Shown here: piece after piece, positions 9,333 to 19,524 of the stretch
Layout of the letters: each line of letters starts with the position of its first letter
How positions within the stretch are numbered: position 1 is the first letter of the stretch
Notes under the pieces: model-generated
The model's database searches: none
The model's input: the letters and a program-made list of their open reading frames with translations, nothing else
Told to the model about the DNA's origin: nothing
Translations under genes and position numbers: made by a program
Assembly (NCBI GenBank): GCA_965261735.1
Contig: OZ253470.1
Span: 2,944,001-3,008,000 of the forward strand
Source of the DNA: Alphaproteobacteria bacterium
GTDB lineage: Bacteria > Pseudomonadota > Alphaproteobacteria > SHVV01
DNA: 64,000 nucleotides
Reading direction: 5' to 3'

Positions 9333-10333
9333 TTCCGAGCCTCGTCTCCCAGCGGCTCGAGACCGAGCGCGTACCGTATGCTCTCGATCATCGTCGACTT
9401 GCCGGTACCGCGTCCGCCGACCAGGGCATTGAGATTGCCGTTGAAATGGACGGAAGTGTCCCCCAGAAACCCGCCCTCCCACGTCATCGAGAGGAACTCG
9501 GCATGGGGTTCCGGCGGCGGATCGCTGTTCAGTCGGATACGGGACTCAGGGTCGAGGAACGCCTGACGGAACGCTTCGACCGAGACCTCCGACATTTTGA
9601 TGAAGCACGATGCACTGCATTTTTTCCGGTCTTCAGGACTGTTTGCATCCGACGCATTGACGATCGCGACGGCGCGCGGGCGCTTGTGCTCCGCATCCTT
9701 GTTCAGAAGGATCTGTCTGAATCCGTCCGGTGCGTCCTCAACAGGCCCGGGTAGCGCGCAGGCAAGCAGGTGGGGCGACGTCCAAACGTCGATCCGCGTC
9801 TGGCCCTGAAGGGTTCTGAGCAGGCCACCTTTGGACGCCACGTGGGCGGCCACGACTACGGCGCCCCACTCCCTCGACCTTTCCAAGAGCGCGGAAGAGT
9901 CCAAGCTTCCAATTGGCGAGGGACGATCCGGATCGTGGACGCGACACTCTCCTATGAACCTCTCTAGCCTGTCATCCTTGTCGGGGTCGAACAGGCAGAG
10001 AAAGTGAACGCCGTCCTTCGATACGGCCTCGAATCCACCAAACGCCCACAAGCCCGCGTCTCTAGCCGCACGCACCAGAGTCATGGAAGACTGAACGCGG
10101 TAGTGGTCGGTTATGGCCACGACCTCAATACCCTTCGCGAGGCACGCCTCTACGATGGCGTCGTTGTATTCGCCTTCCGATTCGAATGTAGTGTGCTTGT
10201 GATGCCTCTTGAGATACGCGAAGGGATTGATCTGCAGGGCGCAGCGATAGAAACGCGCGCCGTTGGGAAGCTCCAGCGCCGCATGCATGGACTCAGACAT
10301 AAGGGGTGCTAACTCTGTCCCTACGGCAGCCAT
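9333..10333 (-). pseudogene. PHP-domain + AAA ATPase (TrlF/Ppl-like) N-terminal half, fused in frame to the IS5 transposase remnant
   Basis: GARFYRCALQ, AITDHY, GVHFLCLFD, AAH, ASDA PHP motifs; Walker A GGRGTGKS; GGAGG RBS upstream. Confidence 0.75.
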
Positions 10334-10505
10334 ATCCGATCCTCCATCAACAATTGGCCAGCGGTGCTCATTCCCGTTCCAGCCCTCTCTCATGTTCCGC
10401 GACATATCGGTCGACCGCATCTCGCACGACCCACGCCAACGACACCTTTTTCTTCCTGGCGAGCCGCTTCAGCATTTCGTAAGTGTCGGGTGAAAAACTG
10501 ATCGA

Positions 10506-11899
10506 GGCTGTGTCTCGAAAGTGGTGGAAATTTGAGGATGGCGTAATCTCCGGGTGACAAGACAACCACCCAATCGGCGGCTAGCACCGCCAAGGAGATC
10601 ACGCCATGAAGAACACTACCGAGACTTCCGCGCTTTCGCTACTGGCCAATGACGCCGGCTATGATCCGCTCGAGGACCGGCTGCGGGAGAACATCAGATC
10701 CACGATCGAGGCCGTTTTTGAGGAGGAACTTGCGCAGTTTCTCGGGCGCTGCCGATACGGTCGAGAGGACGCGCTTCGGCAAGGGTATCGGAACGGGCAC
10801 CGGGAGCGGCAACTGACGGGGACATTCGGGACCGAGAGGGTGAGCGTGCCGCGTGCGCGGATCGTTGAGGAAGACGGTCGGGCGTCGGAATGGCGTTCGC
10901 GGGCGCTGCCGCGCTACCAGCGGCTGACCAGAAAGGCCGAGGCGCTGATCGCTTCGGTGTATCTGTCCGGAACCAACACGCGGCGGGTGAAACGCGCGCT
11001 GTTCGGGCTCTTCCGGGGTGCTGTGAGCAAGGACGTTGTGAGCCGGGCGTGGCGCAAGGTGAAGGTCGATTGGGACGCCTGGTGCAGCCGTGGCCTCGCG
11101 GATGAGGATATCGTTCGGCTGATCCTTGACGGCACTGTGATCAAGACCCGACTGGACCGCAAGGCCACCAACATCTCGGTTCTCGCGGCTATAGGGGTGC
11201 GCCGGGATGGCCAGAAGGTCTTGCTTTCGATCGGGAATATGGGCGGAGAAAGCCAGGCGGCGTGGCGCCAGTTCCTCGACGACCTTGATGCGCGTGGACT
11301 GAAACGGCCCGGGTTTGTCATCGTCGATGGCGCGCCGGGACTGGAGGCGGCTCTGTCGGCGCTTTGGGGCGATGACCTTCCCGTTCAACGCTGCACCGTG
11401 CACAAGCACCGCAACCTTCTGGGTCATGCTCCCAAACACATGCATGACGAGCTGAGCGAAGATTACCGCGATATGATCTATGCCGACACTGCCTCCGAGG
11501 TGGAAACCCGCCGCAAGGCGTTTGTCCGCAAGTGGCGGCTGAAATGCAGGGCCGTCGCGGACAGCCTCGCAGAAGCGGGCGACAAGCTCTTTACCTTCAC
11601 GCGCCTGTCCAAGAGCCAATGGAAATCAGCCCGAACGACCAACGCCATTGAGCGTCTCAACGAGGAGTTCAAGCGCCGGATCAAAACACAGACCGTGCTG
11701 CCGTGTCCCGAAACAGTGCCGATGCTCCTCTGGGCACTCCTCGCTTCCGGCCAAATCCAGATGCGCAAAGTCGATGGATGGGAAACCCTCGATCAGCTAA
11801 TCGCCGACGAAACCCTTGACCGCGCAGCCTGACCGCCGCAAAACTCAACCCGCTCGGAGAGGCGCCAAAACCAATTTCCACCACTTTCGAGACACAACC
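10506..11899 (+). mobile_element. IS256-family element, apparently intact
   Basis: IRs GG(C/T)TGTGTCTCGAAAGTGGTGGAAA; 8-bp TSD CTGATCGA (10498-10505, 11900-11907). Confidence 0.93.
10606..11832 (+). CDS. IS256 transposase
   Basis: GYRNG, LILDG, IVDGAPGL, QRCTVH, TTNAIERLNEE. Confidence 0.95.
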   Translation: MKNTTETSALSLLANDAGYDPLEDRLRENIRSTIEAVFEEELAQFLGRCRYGREDALRQGYRNGHRERQLTGTFGTERVSVPRARIVEEDGRASEWRSRALPRYQRLTRKAEALIASVYLSGTNTRRVKRALFGLFRGAVSKDVVSRAWRKVKVDWDAWCSRGLADEDIVRLILDGTVIKTRLDRKATNISVLAAIGVRRDGQKVLLSIGNMGGESQAAWRQFLDDLDARGLKRPGFVIVDGAPGLEAALSALWGDDLPVQRCTVHKHRNLLGHAPKHMHDELSEDYRDMIYADTASEVETRRKAFVRKWRLKCRAVADSLAEAGDKLFTFTRLSKSQWKSARTTNAIERLNEEFKRRIKTQTVLPCPETVPMLLWALLASGQIQMRKVDGWETLDQLIADETLDRAA

Positions 11900-11993
11900 C
11901 TGATCGATGCGCGGACCGAAGACACAGTCTCGGGATTCGTGCTCCCCATGTCTGCCTTACGCTGTTCCATACCGCATGACCCCTTCGTATCCT

Positions 11994-12016
11994 CACCACA
12001 ATACACCACAATGGTG
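11994..12016. promoter_or_regulatory. Candidate RHH operator
   Basis: CACCACAAT tandem repeat plus inverted TGGTG directly upstream of the RHH gene. Confidence 0.5.
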
Positions 12017-12189
12017 AATGACCATAGCCCTTGGACACCACATGTGGCGCCCGACCCCACCACCCCTGCCTGAGGGCCGTGCAGGGAATAGGGATGGATC
12101 ACTTGCCGTCCCCGTACGGACGCTGAAACGCTTCACGCACTCTGGGCACCAAAAGGTGAAAGCGCGCTTACTAGGCCTAATCTCCGCGC

Positions 12190-12580
12190 ATCCGCAACGG
12201 AGCGGATCAAGGCCGAGATCGGCAGTCTCCAGTTCTCGGCGCAATACCAGCAGAGCCCAGTTCCGCCCGAGGGCAACCTCATCAGGCGCGACTGGCTCAA
12301 GACCTATGACACCGCCCCCTCTCGCGGTCCCGGGATCAGGATCGTGCAAAGCTGGGACATCGCAACGACGACAGATGAGCGCAACGACTGGTCGGTCTGC
12401 ACCACCTGGGCCATTAAGCAAAAGGACTTCTATCTCCTCGATGTCTGGCGCGCCCGGGTCGAGTTCCCCGCGCTCAGGCGCAAGATCGTCAACCATGCGC
12501 TCGCTCACCAGGTACAGACCGTGCTGATCGAGAAGGCCGGACCGGGGCTGCAGCTGGTCCAGGAGTTGCAGACACCCCGG
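12190..12580 (+). pseudogene. Phage terminase large subunit, C-terminal nuclease fragment
   Basis: FSAQYQQSPVPPEGNLIRRDW, IVQSWDIA, DWSVCTTW, YLLDVWRARVEFP, LIEKAGPG. Confidence 0.75.
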
Positions 12581-12686
12581 TTTCCACCGGGCGACCGCCG
12601 GAACGACAATCCGCCCCAGAACTGTGCTCAGGCGTCTAACTCACTCGCCGTTTTACACCTGCCCTTGGACGGCGACGCCCATGCCG

Positions 12687-13562
12687 CTATTCCGCAGCCT
12701 CCAGCTTGTCCTGTGTTCGAAGCTCAAAGTCCAACGCGTCGTGCCGCTCGCGAAGCTGATCCCCAGGCGGCCCGCCGATCCGGTTGACCTTGCGCCCGCG
12801 GACCACCGCATCGCGCGCTGCGATCTCCTCATGCCAGCGCACGACGTTCGTGTAATCTTTCGCCGCGAGGAACTCGGCCGCGTCATAGAGCTTGCCGGTG
12901 GTCAGCACGCCATACCACGGCCAGATCGCCATGTCGGCTATGGTGTACGCATCGCCCGCCACATAGCGGGTCTCAGCCAGTCGCTTGTCCAGCACGTCCA
13001 GTTGCCGCTTCACCTCCATGGTGAATCGGTCGATCGGATACTCCATCCTGTAGGGGGCATAGGTATAGAAATGCCCGAAACCGCCGCCGAGATAGGGTGC
13101 GGAGCCCATCTGCCAGAACAGCCATGACAGGCACTCGGCCCGTCCCGACGGGTTCTCCGGTATGAAGGCGCCGAACTTCTCGGCCAGGTAGAGCAGGATC
13201 GCACCCGATTCGAACACGCGTGTCGGCTTGGCCAGCGAGTAATCCACCATCGCGGGGATTTTCGAGTTCGGATTGATTGCGACGAAGCCGGACCCGAACT
13301 GATCGCCCTCGCCGATGTCGACGACATAGGCATCGTACTCCGCACCGCTGCATCCGGCCGCCAGCAACTCCTCAAGCATGACAGTGACCTTTACGCCATT
13401 GGGCGTTGCGAGCGAGTAGAGCTGGAGCGGATGCTTGCCACGCGGCAGCTCCGCCTCATGCGTCGCGCCGGAGACGGGCCGGTTGATGGATGCAAATTGA
13501 CCGCCACTCTCTCGCTCCCATTTCCAGACCTTCGGGAGTTCGTAGGCGGGAACATCAGTCAT
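12687..13562 (-). CDS. yghU: Glutathione-dependent disulfide-bond oxidoreductase (GST family)
   Basis: PKVWKW, INRP.SGATH, LYSLATPNGVKV, LRERHDA.DF. Confidence 0.9.
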   Translation of the reverse strand: MTDVPAYELPKVWKWERESGGQFASINRPVSGATHEAELPRGKHPLQLYSLATPNGVKVTVMLEELLAAGCSGAEYDAYVVDIGEGDQFGSGFVAINPNSKIPAMVDYSLAKPTRVFESGAILLYLAEKFGAFIPENPSGRAECLSWLFWQMGSAPYLGGGFGHFYTYAPYRMEYPIDRFTMEVKRQLDVLDKRLAETRYVAGDAYTIADMAIWPWYGVLTTGKLYDAAEFLAAKDYTNVVRWHEEIAARDAVVRGRKVNRIGGPPGDQLRERHDALDFELRTQDKLEAAE

Positions 13563-13689
13563 GGCGTCGTCCTCTGCGAGCATCGGGAATGAATGTGTCT
13601 TCCGGCATCCACGCCACAAGAGCACCAAGGCCGCTCCCTTATCCCCGTCGCGCAACATCGCCATGCGCGGTCACCGCGCCAAGTCCAAC

Positions 13690-13955
13690 TGAGGTGAGGG
13701 CGCGGCGAACGTGGACAGCGGCAAGTGAGGGTGGGAGTCGGGGGGGGGCTGTTCCTCCTCAAAGCGGTTGGGGCTCAGGTAGCAGGAGGCGGAGTGTAGG
13801 CGCCTCTCGTTGTAGCTGTCGATGAAGCGCGGCAGGTAGCGCGCCTGACATCCCCCTCACTCTCGAAGGCCATGGGATGGCCCCCCTCGACCTTTAGCGC
13901 CCCCTTTAGGAACTCGAACTCCAGGGCCTGCTTGCCTAGCAGGCGTTCGAGTGAG
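13690..13955 (-). mobile_element. Highly deleted IS3-family remnant
   Basis: OrfA fragment LERLLGKQALEFEFLKGAL lies next to OrfB C-terminus LPRFIDSYNERRLHS...YLSP..FE. Confidence 0.65.
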
Positions 13956-13959
13956 CCCG

Positions 13960-14769
13960 TGGCCTGCCCCCGATTAGTGGTCCAGCGCTTAAGTTAGAGT
14001 TTGGCGCGGGTTAAGTTGATGGGCCAACCGTAGCCCCTCAACAGCGTAGGTTGGCCCCTCAACGTTTGGCAAGATGGTTTCTGGGGCCGGCGGTCTGTAT
14101 CCGAGCGAGCTATGCGGCCGGATGGTATTATAGTGATGCCGCCATCGTTCGATCAGCACTTTGGCCTCCTTCAGTGTAGAGAAGATCTCCGTGTTCAGGA
14201 TTTCGTCCCGGAGCTTTGAGTTGAAGCTCTCGTTGTATTCGTTCTCCCAAGGTGACCCGGGCTCGATATAGAGGGTATTGACGCCGCTCCTGCCGAGCCA
14301 GTCGCGGACGGCATGAGCGGTAAACTCTGAGCCGTTGTCGGAACGGATATGATCCGGCGGGCCATGTTGGACGAAGAGCTCGGTCAGACAATGGAGTACA
14401 TTGTCCGAGTTCAATCTTCGCTCGACGACAACGGCCATGCACCGCCTGGTGAACTCATCGATCACGGTGAGCATGCGGAACTTCCTCCCATCGTGTGTTC
14501 GATCCATGACGAAGTCATAGGACCAGACGTGATTGGGCCAGCACGGCCGCAGACGGATGCAGGATCCGTCGTTGAGCCACAGCCTGCCCCGTTTCGGTTG
14601 CTTCTGTGGGACCTTCAGCCCCTCCCGCCGCCAGATGCGCTGGACCCAAGCGGATGATCGCGGCCGTGAGTGCCTCTTCATCATCCCGACCACGGGGTCT
14701 CTTGCGCTGGGTTGAGCGATGTTGGCCTGCAACAGCACAGGCACGTCGCTCGGAGATTCCCAGTTTGGC
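13960..14769 (-). mobile_element. IS3-family (IS407-like) remnant, 5'-truncated by IS1595 and internally deleted
   Basis: End TGGCCTGCCCCC; OrfB motifs WSYDFV, IRSDNGSEF, PGSPWEN, RPHSSLGYRPP; ISERRAC segment in a different frame. Confidence 0.85.
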
Positions 14770-15796
14770 CCTGCTCATCCGTGACACTCCGCTTGGGGAG
14801 GCGCATGTTCTCAATATGTTCTCTCTACGGGAGTCACGGTCATGAGGTACAAGGTTGCATCGCGCGTGCGTGGTCTGAGCGACGAGGCGTTTCGGGAGGC
14901 CTTCGGCACCAAGGAGCAGTGCCGCGCGGCGCTGGTCCGGCTGCGCTGGCCGGGCGGCTTCGTCTGCCCCTGCTGCGGCCATCGCGGGCATTGCGTGCTG
15001 GCGGGCCGGGGGCTCTATCGATGCAACCGGTGCAAGAAGCAGACATCGCCCACGGCGGGCACGATCTTCCACGCGACCAAGCTGCCGCTGACACTCTGGT
15101 TCGCCGCCATCCACCTGATCGTGACGGCGAAGAACGGCCTCTCGTCGGTGGAACTCGGCCGCCGTCTCGGGGTCAAGCAGCCGACGGCCTGGGCCGTGAA
15201 GCACAAGATCATGGCGGTGGATGGCGCGGCGCGAGGGGGGGACGCGGCTTACGGGGCGGGTGGAGATGGACGACGCCTATCTCGGCGGAGTGCGCTCCGG
15301 CGGCAAGCGGGGCCGCGGCGCGGCGGGCAAGACGCCCTTCGTGGCGGCGGTCTCGACCAGTCCCGAGGGGCGTCCGCGCAAGGTGAAGCTGGCGCCGGTC
15401 AAGGGCTTCCGCAAGCGCGAGATTGCGCGCGGTGCCAAGCACTGGCTGGCCCCCGGCGCGGCGGTTGTGACGGACGGCCTGGGCTGCTGGAGCGCACTCG
15501 ACGAGGCCGCCTGCAGCCACCAGGCGATCCGCACCGGCTCGGGACGCAAGGCGGCCCGCGTGGCGTCATTCAAATGGGTCAATACGGCGCTCGGCAACAT
15601 CAAGTGCGCGGTCACCGGGACCTATCGCAAGCTCGGCCCCGATCACACCGGGCGCTACCTCGCCAGTTTCGCCTGGCGCTACAACCGCCGTTATCAACTC
15701 CAGACGATGATCCCGCGCTTCGTCCATAGCGCCGCCCGAACCGACCCGATGCCCTATCGCCTCCTCATCGCAGGATGAATGTCACGGATAAGCAGG
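14770..15796 (+). mobile_element. IS1595-family element type A, copy 1 (frameshifted transposase 14842-15778)
   Basis: IRs CCTGCT(C/T)ATCCGTGACA; zinc finger CPCC...CNRC, VEMDDAY, VTDGL; +1 frameshift near 15220; no TSD. Confidence 0.9.
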
Positions 15797-15803
15797 TTTC
15801 TAT

Positions 15804-16202
15804 TTAGCCCTCGCCGCCTCCAAAGCCACCGCCTCCGATCCCGTCGTAGCTGCCGCCCACGCCCCCGCCATGCGCGATCAGCGCGTAATCGCTCGCCGCG
15901 GCCCCTAGGACAAAGCCGCTCAACAGGGTCATGTCGGCGGCGTGCACCATGCGGCGCTGGCGCAAGATTCGTTCGGCGCGTTCGACCTCTTTCGGATCGT
16001 CGGACAGTTTCGCCGCTTCCGCCGCCGCCAACTCATGGAGCAGCCGCTGGTACTTTCGCCATAGCCGATGAATGCGCCAGCCAGTGAAGACAATGACAGC
16101 CGCAATAGCCAGCCCGAGCACCAACTGACCGGCGTCGAGCCGCACAATCAAAATCCAAGCCAGAATTGTTAACACTGCCCCATCGAGCAAACGACGTAGC
16201 AT
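15804..16202 (-). CDS. Hypothetical small membrane protein with Gly-rich tail
   Basis: Two TM segments; GAGGAGG RBS before ATG. Confidence 0.55.
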   Translation of the reverse strand: MLRRLLDGAVLTILAWILIVRLDAGQLVLGLAIAAVIVFTGWRIHRLWRKYQRLLHELAAAEAAKLSDDPKEVERAERILRQRRMVHAADMTLLSGFVLGAAASDYALIAHGGGVGGSYDGIGGGGFGGGEG

Positions 16203-16299
16203 GCATCCCTCCTCGCGTTGGTTGCTCTATCCAACATTTTCCAGACAGCCTCCAATTTGCAGCCAAACGTAGGCAAATCCTGCCACCGATGGAAAAGTT

Positions 16300-16918
16300 T
16301 TTCCCTTCGGCCCTCCGGCAGTGGTGTTAAGCCAACAACCGCAGGTCTGGACGGACGCTTTACCGATCACCTGCAACGCCGCCCGATATGACCGAAGGCT
16401 GTCCGTGACGATCGAAGCCGGCCGGCCATAGCGTTTCATCGCGCGCTTCGGAAACTTAAGCGCAGCCCTGCGATCCCGCTGTTTCGTGGCAAAAACCTCG
16501 AGCACTTCTCCAAAAGGTCAGAAAGACGGGGTCGGAAAAACCACTACGAGACGCAGGGCTGTGAAGCATACCGCCGCACCGATTTGGATCCCATCCACGA
16601 ACACCATATGCGCCCGCGGCGCATGAATGCCGCTTCACAGAGGCCGGACATACGACAGTACCTGACCGCATGTCACAAGTTATTTAAATTCCATCTTGCA
16701 CTGCAGGGGGCATCCACATACGTCTCGTGGCAGACGTCGACACCGCGCTCGAACAGAAGATCTTCGACCTGTCGCAGCGGCAACGGGTAGCGGACATACA
16801 TCATCACCGCGAGGCGGATGACCTCTGGCGAACTGTTGAAATAGCGGAAGGGATTTCGCATCTGGCAAAACTATGGATGCCCCATCTGCTGCATCAATCC
16901 ATTTTTTCTGACAACACC
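16300..16918 (-). mobile_element. IS6-family remnant interrupted by an IS1111 end
   Basis: IR GGTGTTGTCAG; MRNPFRYFNSSPEVIRLAVMMYVRYPL...ERGVDVCHET | GEVLEVFATK.RD..AALKF...IVTDSLRSY. Confidence 0.85.
16511..16720 (+). ncRNA. Orphan IS1111-type right end with putative bridge/seek RNA (transposase deleted)
   Basis: Co-linear with 150-361 (TCGG..AAACC, AGGCCGGA, CTTGCA, GGGGGC.TCCA. + 3 nt); guide segments match the junction and flank. Confidence 0.8.
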
Positions 16919-17050
16919 CTGCTGGTTGCTGCACGCGCCGTATCGCCCCCCAGCCGGCGCTTGCCGGCCTCCAGGAACTCTTTGGACCAGCTGCAATAAA
17001 GGATCTCTGACGGGGGACAGTCGGAAAAGGGGATTGGCGACAACCGCGTT

Positions 17051-18075
17051 CCTGCTTATCCGTGACACTCCGCCTTAGGACGCGTATATTCTCAATATGT
17101 TCCGCACGCGGAGGTCACGGCTATGGGGTTCAAGGTTGCATCGCGCGTGCGTGGTTTGACCGACGAAGTGTTTCGCGAGGCCTTCGGCACCGAGGAGCAG
17201 TGCCGCGCGGCGCTGGTCCGGCTGCGCTGGCCGGACGGGTTTGTCTGCCCCTCCTGCGACCATCGCGGGCATTGTCTGCTGGCCGGCCGGGGTCTCTATC
17301 AATGCAACCGCTGCAAGACGCAGACATCGCCCACAGCGGGCACGATCTGCCACGCGACCAAGCTGTCGCTGAAGATCTGGTTCGCAGCCATCCATCTGGT
17401 CGTGACGTCGAAGAACGGCATCTCGTCGGTGGAACTCGGCCGCCGTCTCGGGGTCAAACAGCCGACGGCCTGGACTGTGAAGCACAAGATCATGGCGGTA
17501 ATGGCCCGGCGCGAGGAGGAGACGCCGCTCTCGGGGTGGGTGGAGATGGACGACGCCTATCTCGGCGGGGTGCGCTCCGGCGGCAAGCGGGGCCGTGGCG
17601 CGGCGGGCAAGACGCCCTTCGTGGCGGCGGTCTCGACCAGTCCCGAGGGGCGTCCGCGCAAGGCGAAGCTGGCCCCGGTCAGGGGCTTCCGCAAGCGCGA
17701 GATCGCACGCGGTGCCGCGCGCTGGCTGGCCCCAGGGTCGGCGGTTGTGACGGACGGCCTCGGCTGCTGGAGCGTGCTCGGCGAGGGCACGTGCAGCCAC
17801 CAGGCGATCCGTACCGGCTCAGGACGCAAGGCGGCCCGCATGGCGCCATTCAAATGGGTCAATACGACGCTCGGCAATATCAAGAGCGCGATCACCGGAA
17901 CCTATCGCAAGATCGGCCCCATCATGCCGAGCGCTACCTCGCCAGCTTCGCCTGGCGATACAACCGGCGCTATCAACTCCAGACCATGATCCCGCGCTTC
18001 GTCCATAGCGCCGCACGCACCAAACCCATGCCCTATCGCATCCTCATCGCAGGATGACTGTCGAGGATAAGCAGG
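17051..18075 (+). mobile_element. IS1595-family element type A, copy 2 (transposase 17123-18057, frameshift near 17920)
   Basis: IRs CCTGCTTATCC; 8-bp TSD ACCGCGTT (17043-17050, 18076-18083). Confidence 0.92.
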
Positions 18076-18163
18076 ACCGCGTTTGACCTTTTCGGCATAG
18101 TCTGAATTCGGTAACTCTTTAAAATATAGGGATTTATTCTCCCGCGCCTGATGGTGAACAAAT

Positions 18164-19268
18164 CTTGCCTATCCGGCTTACACCCACACCCACTAGGGCT
18201 AGAATGGGCGCAACCCGGATATAGGGGAGCGCGCCATGGATGTTCTCGACCGCGCCGATCTCCCATTCCCGCATTCGCTACCCGAGTTCCAGCGACTTTT
18301 CCCCGATGATGCGGCCTGCGCCGCCTACCTGGAGAAAGCCCGCTGGGGAGACGGCTTTGCCTGCCCGCACTGCGGCACGGCGGGAGAGCCGTTCCACTTT
18401 GAAAACCGCCCTGGCGTCCTGCGCTGCCGCAAGTGCCGCCAGAACACCGGGCTGACGGTGGGAACAGTGATGGAGCGTAGCCACACTCCGCTGAACGTCT
18501 GGTTCTGGGCCGCTTATCTGGTCGCCAGTCAGACGCCCGGCATGTCCGCCGTGCAGTTTCAGCGGCAACTTGGTCTTTCGCGCTACGAGACGGCCTTTCA
18601 AATTCTCCACAAGCTCCGCTCGGGCATGGTGCGGCCCAACCAAGACAGGATCGGTGGACATCCCAAGAACCATGTTGAGGTGGACGAAACCTGGGTTGGC
18701 GGGCGAACGCGTGGGGAAGGCCGTGGTGTTCACCACAAGGTTCCCGTCTCCTGTGCCATCGAGGTGCGTCATCGAAAGCCGGGCACCAAGCTCGACAACC
18801 GGAAAGACGGACGCTATGCCGGACGCGTTCGGCTCGCCGTCGTGCTCGACCGTAGCGCCGAGTCGCTCTGTGGGTTCGTCGAGAGCACCGTCGCGCCGCG
18901 ATCGCTGATCGTTACTGACGATTGGAGCGGCTATGCTGGCCTCGGTAAGCGCGGCTATGAGCACTTCGCTGTTGCCGAGTGTGGTGATCCAGAGGTTGCC
19001 GAGCAATACCTGCCGATCATCCATCTGGTTTTCGCCAACCTGAAGACGTGGCTGATCGATATCCACCACGGCGTTAGCCACCAGCACCTACAAGCCTACC
19101 TCAACGAGTTCACCTTCCGCTTCAACAGGCGGTTCTACCCGTTCAACGCCTTCCGCTCATTGCTCGGCATCGCGGGCGACACCTCTGCTCCAACCTATGC
19201 CGAGCTTTACTCGGGAGAGTGGCGGCACCCTACATGTAGCGGTCATGGGCGTTAACCGGATAGGCAAG
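18164..19268 (+). mobile_element. IS1595-family element type B, copy 1
   Basis: IRs CTTGCCTATCCGG; flanks not identical. Confidence 0.9.
18236..19255 (+). CDS. IS1595 transposase (open frame)
   Basis: CPHC...CRKC, VEVDETW, IVTDDWSGY, YLNEFTFRFNRR. Confidence 0.92.
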   Translation: MDVLDRADLPFPHSLPEFQRLFPDDAACAAYLEKARWGDGFACPHCGTAGEPFHFENRPGVLRCRKCRQNTGLTVGTVMERSHTPLNVWFWAAYLVASQTPGMSAVQFQRQLGLSRYETAFQILHKLRSGMVRPNQDRIGGHPKNHVEVDETWVGGRTRGEGRGVHHKVPVSCAIEVRHRKPGTKLDNRKDGRYAGRVRLAVVLDRSAESLCGFVESTVAPRSLIVTDDWSGYAGLGKRGYEHFAVAECGDPEVAEQYLPIIHLVFANLKTWLIDIHHGVSHQHLQAYLNEFTFRFNRRFYPFNAFRSLLGIAGDTSAPTYAELYSGEWRHPTCSGHGR

Positions 19269-19524
19269 GAACCATCAACAACAAGCGGCTTAACATCAAT
19301 CCAAGATGAGCCAGATCCTCCCTTATGAAACAGACTCAACAGTCCCAAATGTTTTGACGACGGACACCCTTTGGTTCTCTTGAGTTTTCAGCGCCAAGCG
19401 CGGCGCGCGAGCAAGTGTAAAGGTTGCTTGACAGTTCGGCGCCATTACGGCCCCGAGTCGGGTACGGCTCGCCGGACCCGCTCTGCCGCGGTGGCAGCTT
19501 GAAAAAGGGCCGGAGTCCGAAGCC

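Larger units (their letters stand above)
10368..11949 (-). pseudogene. CopG/ribbon-helix-helix regulator split by IS256
   Basis: Removing IS256 restores MGSTNPETVSSVRASISFSPDTYEMLKRLARKKKVSLAWVVRDAVDRYVAE... Confidence 0.8.

Noticed and set aside
16920-19500. Low-GC gene fragments between IS copies (16920-17050, 18084-18163, 19269-19400)
   Set aside because: Could not be assigned to any family after in-silico IS removal
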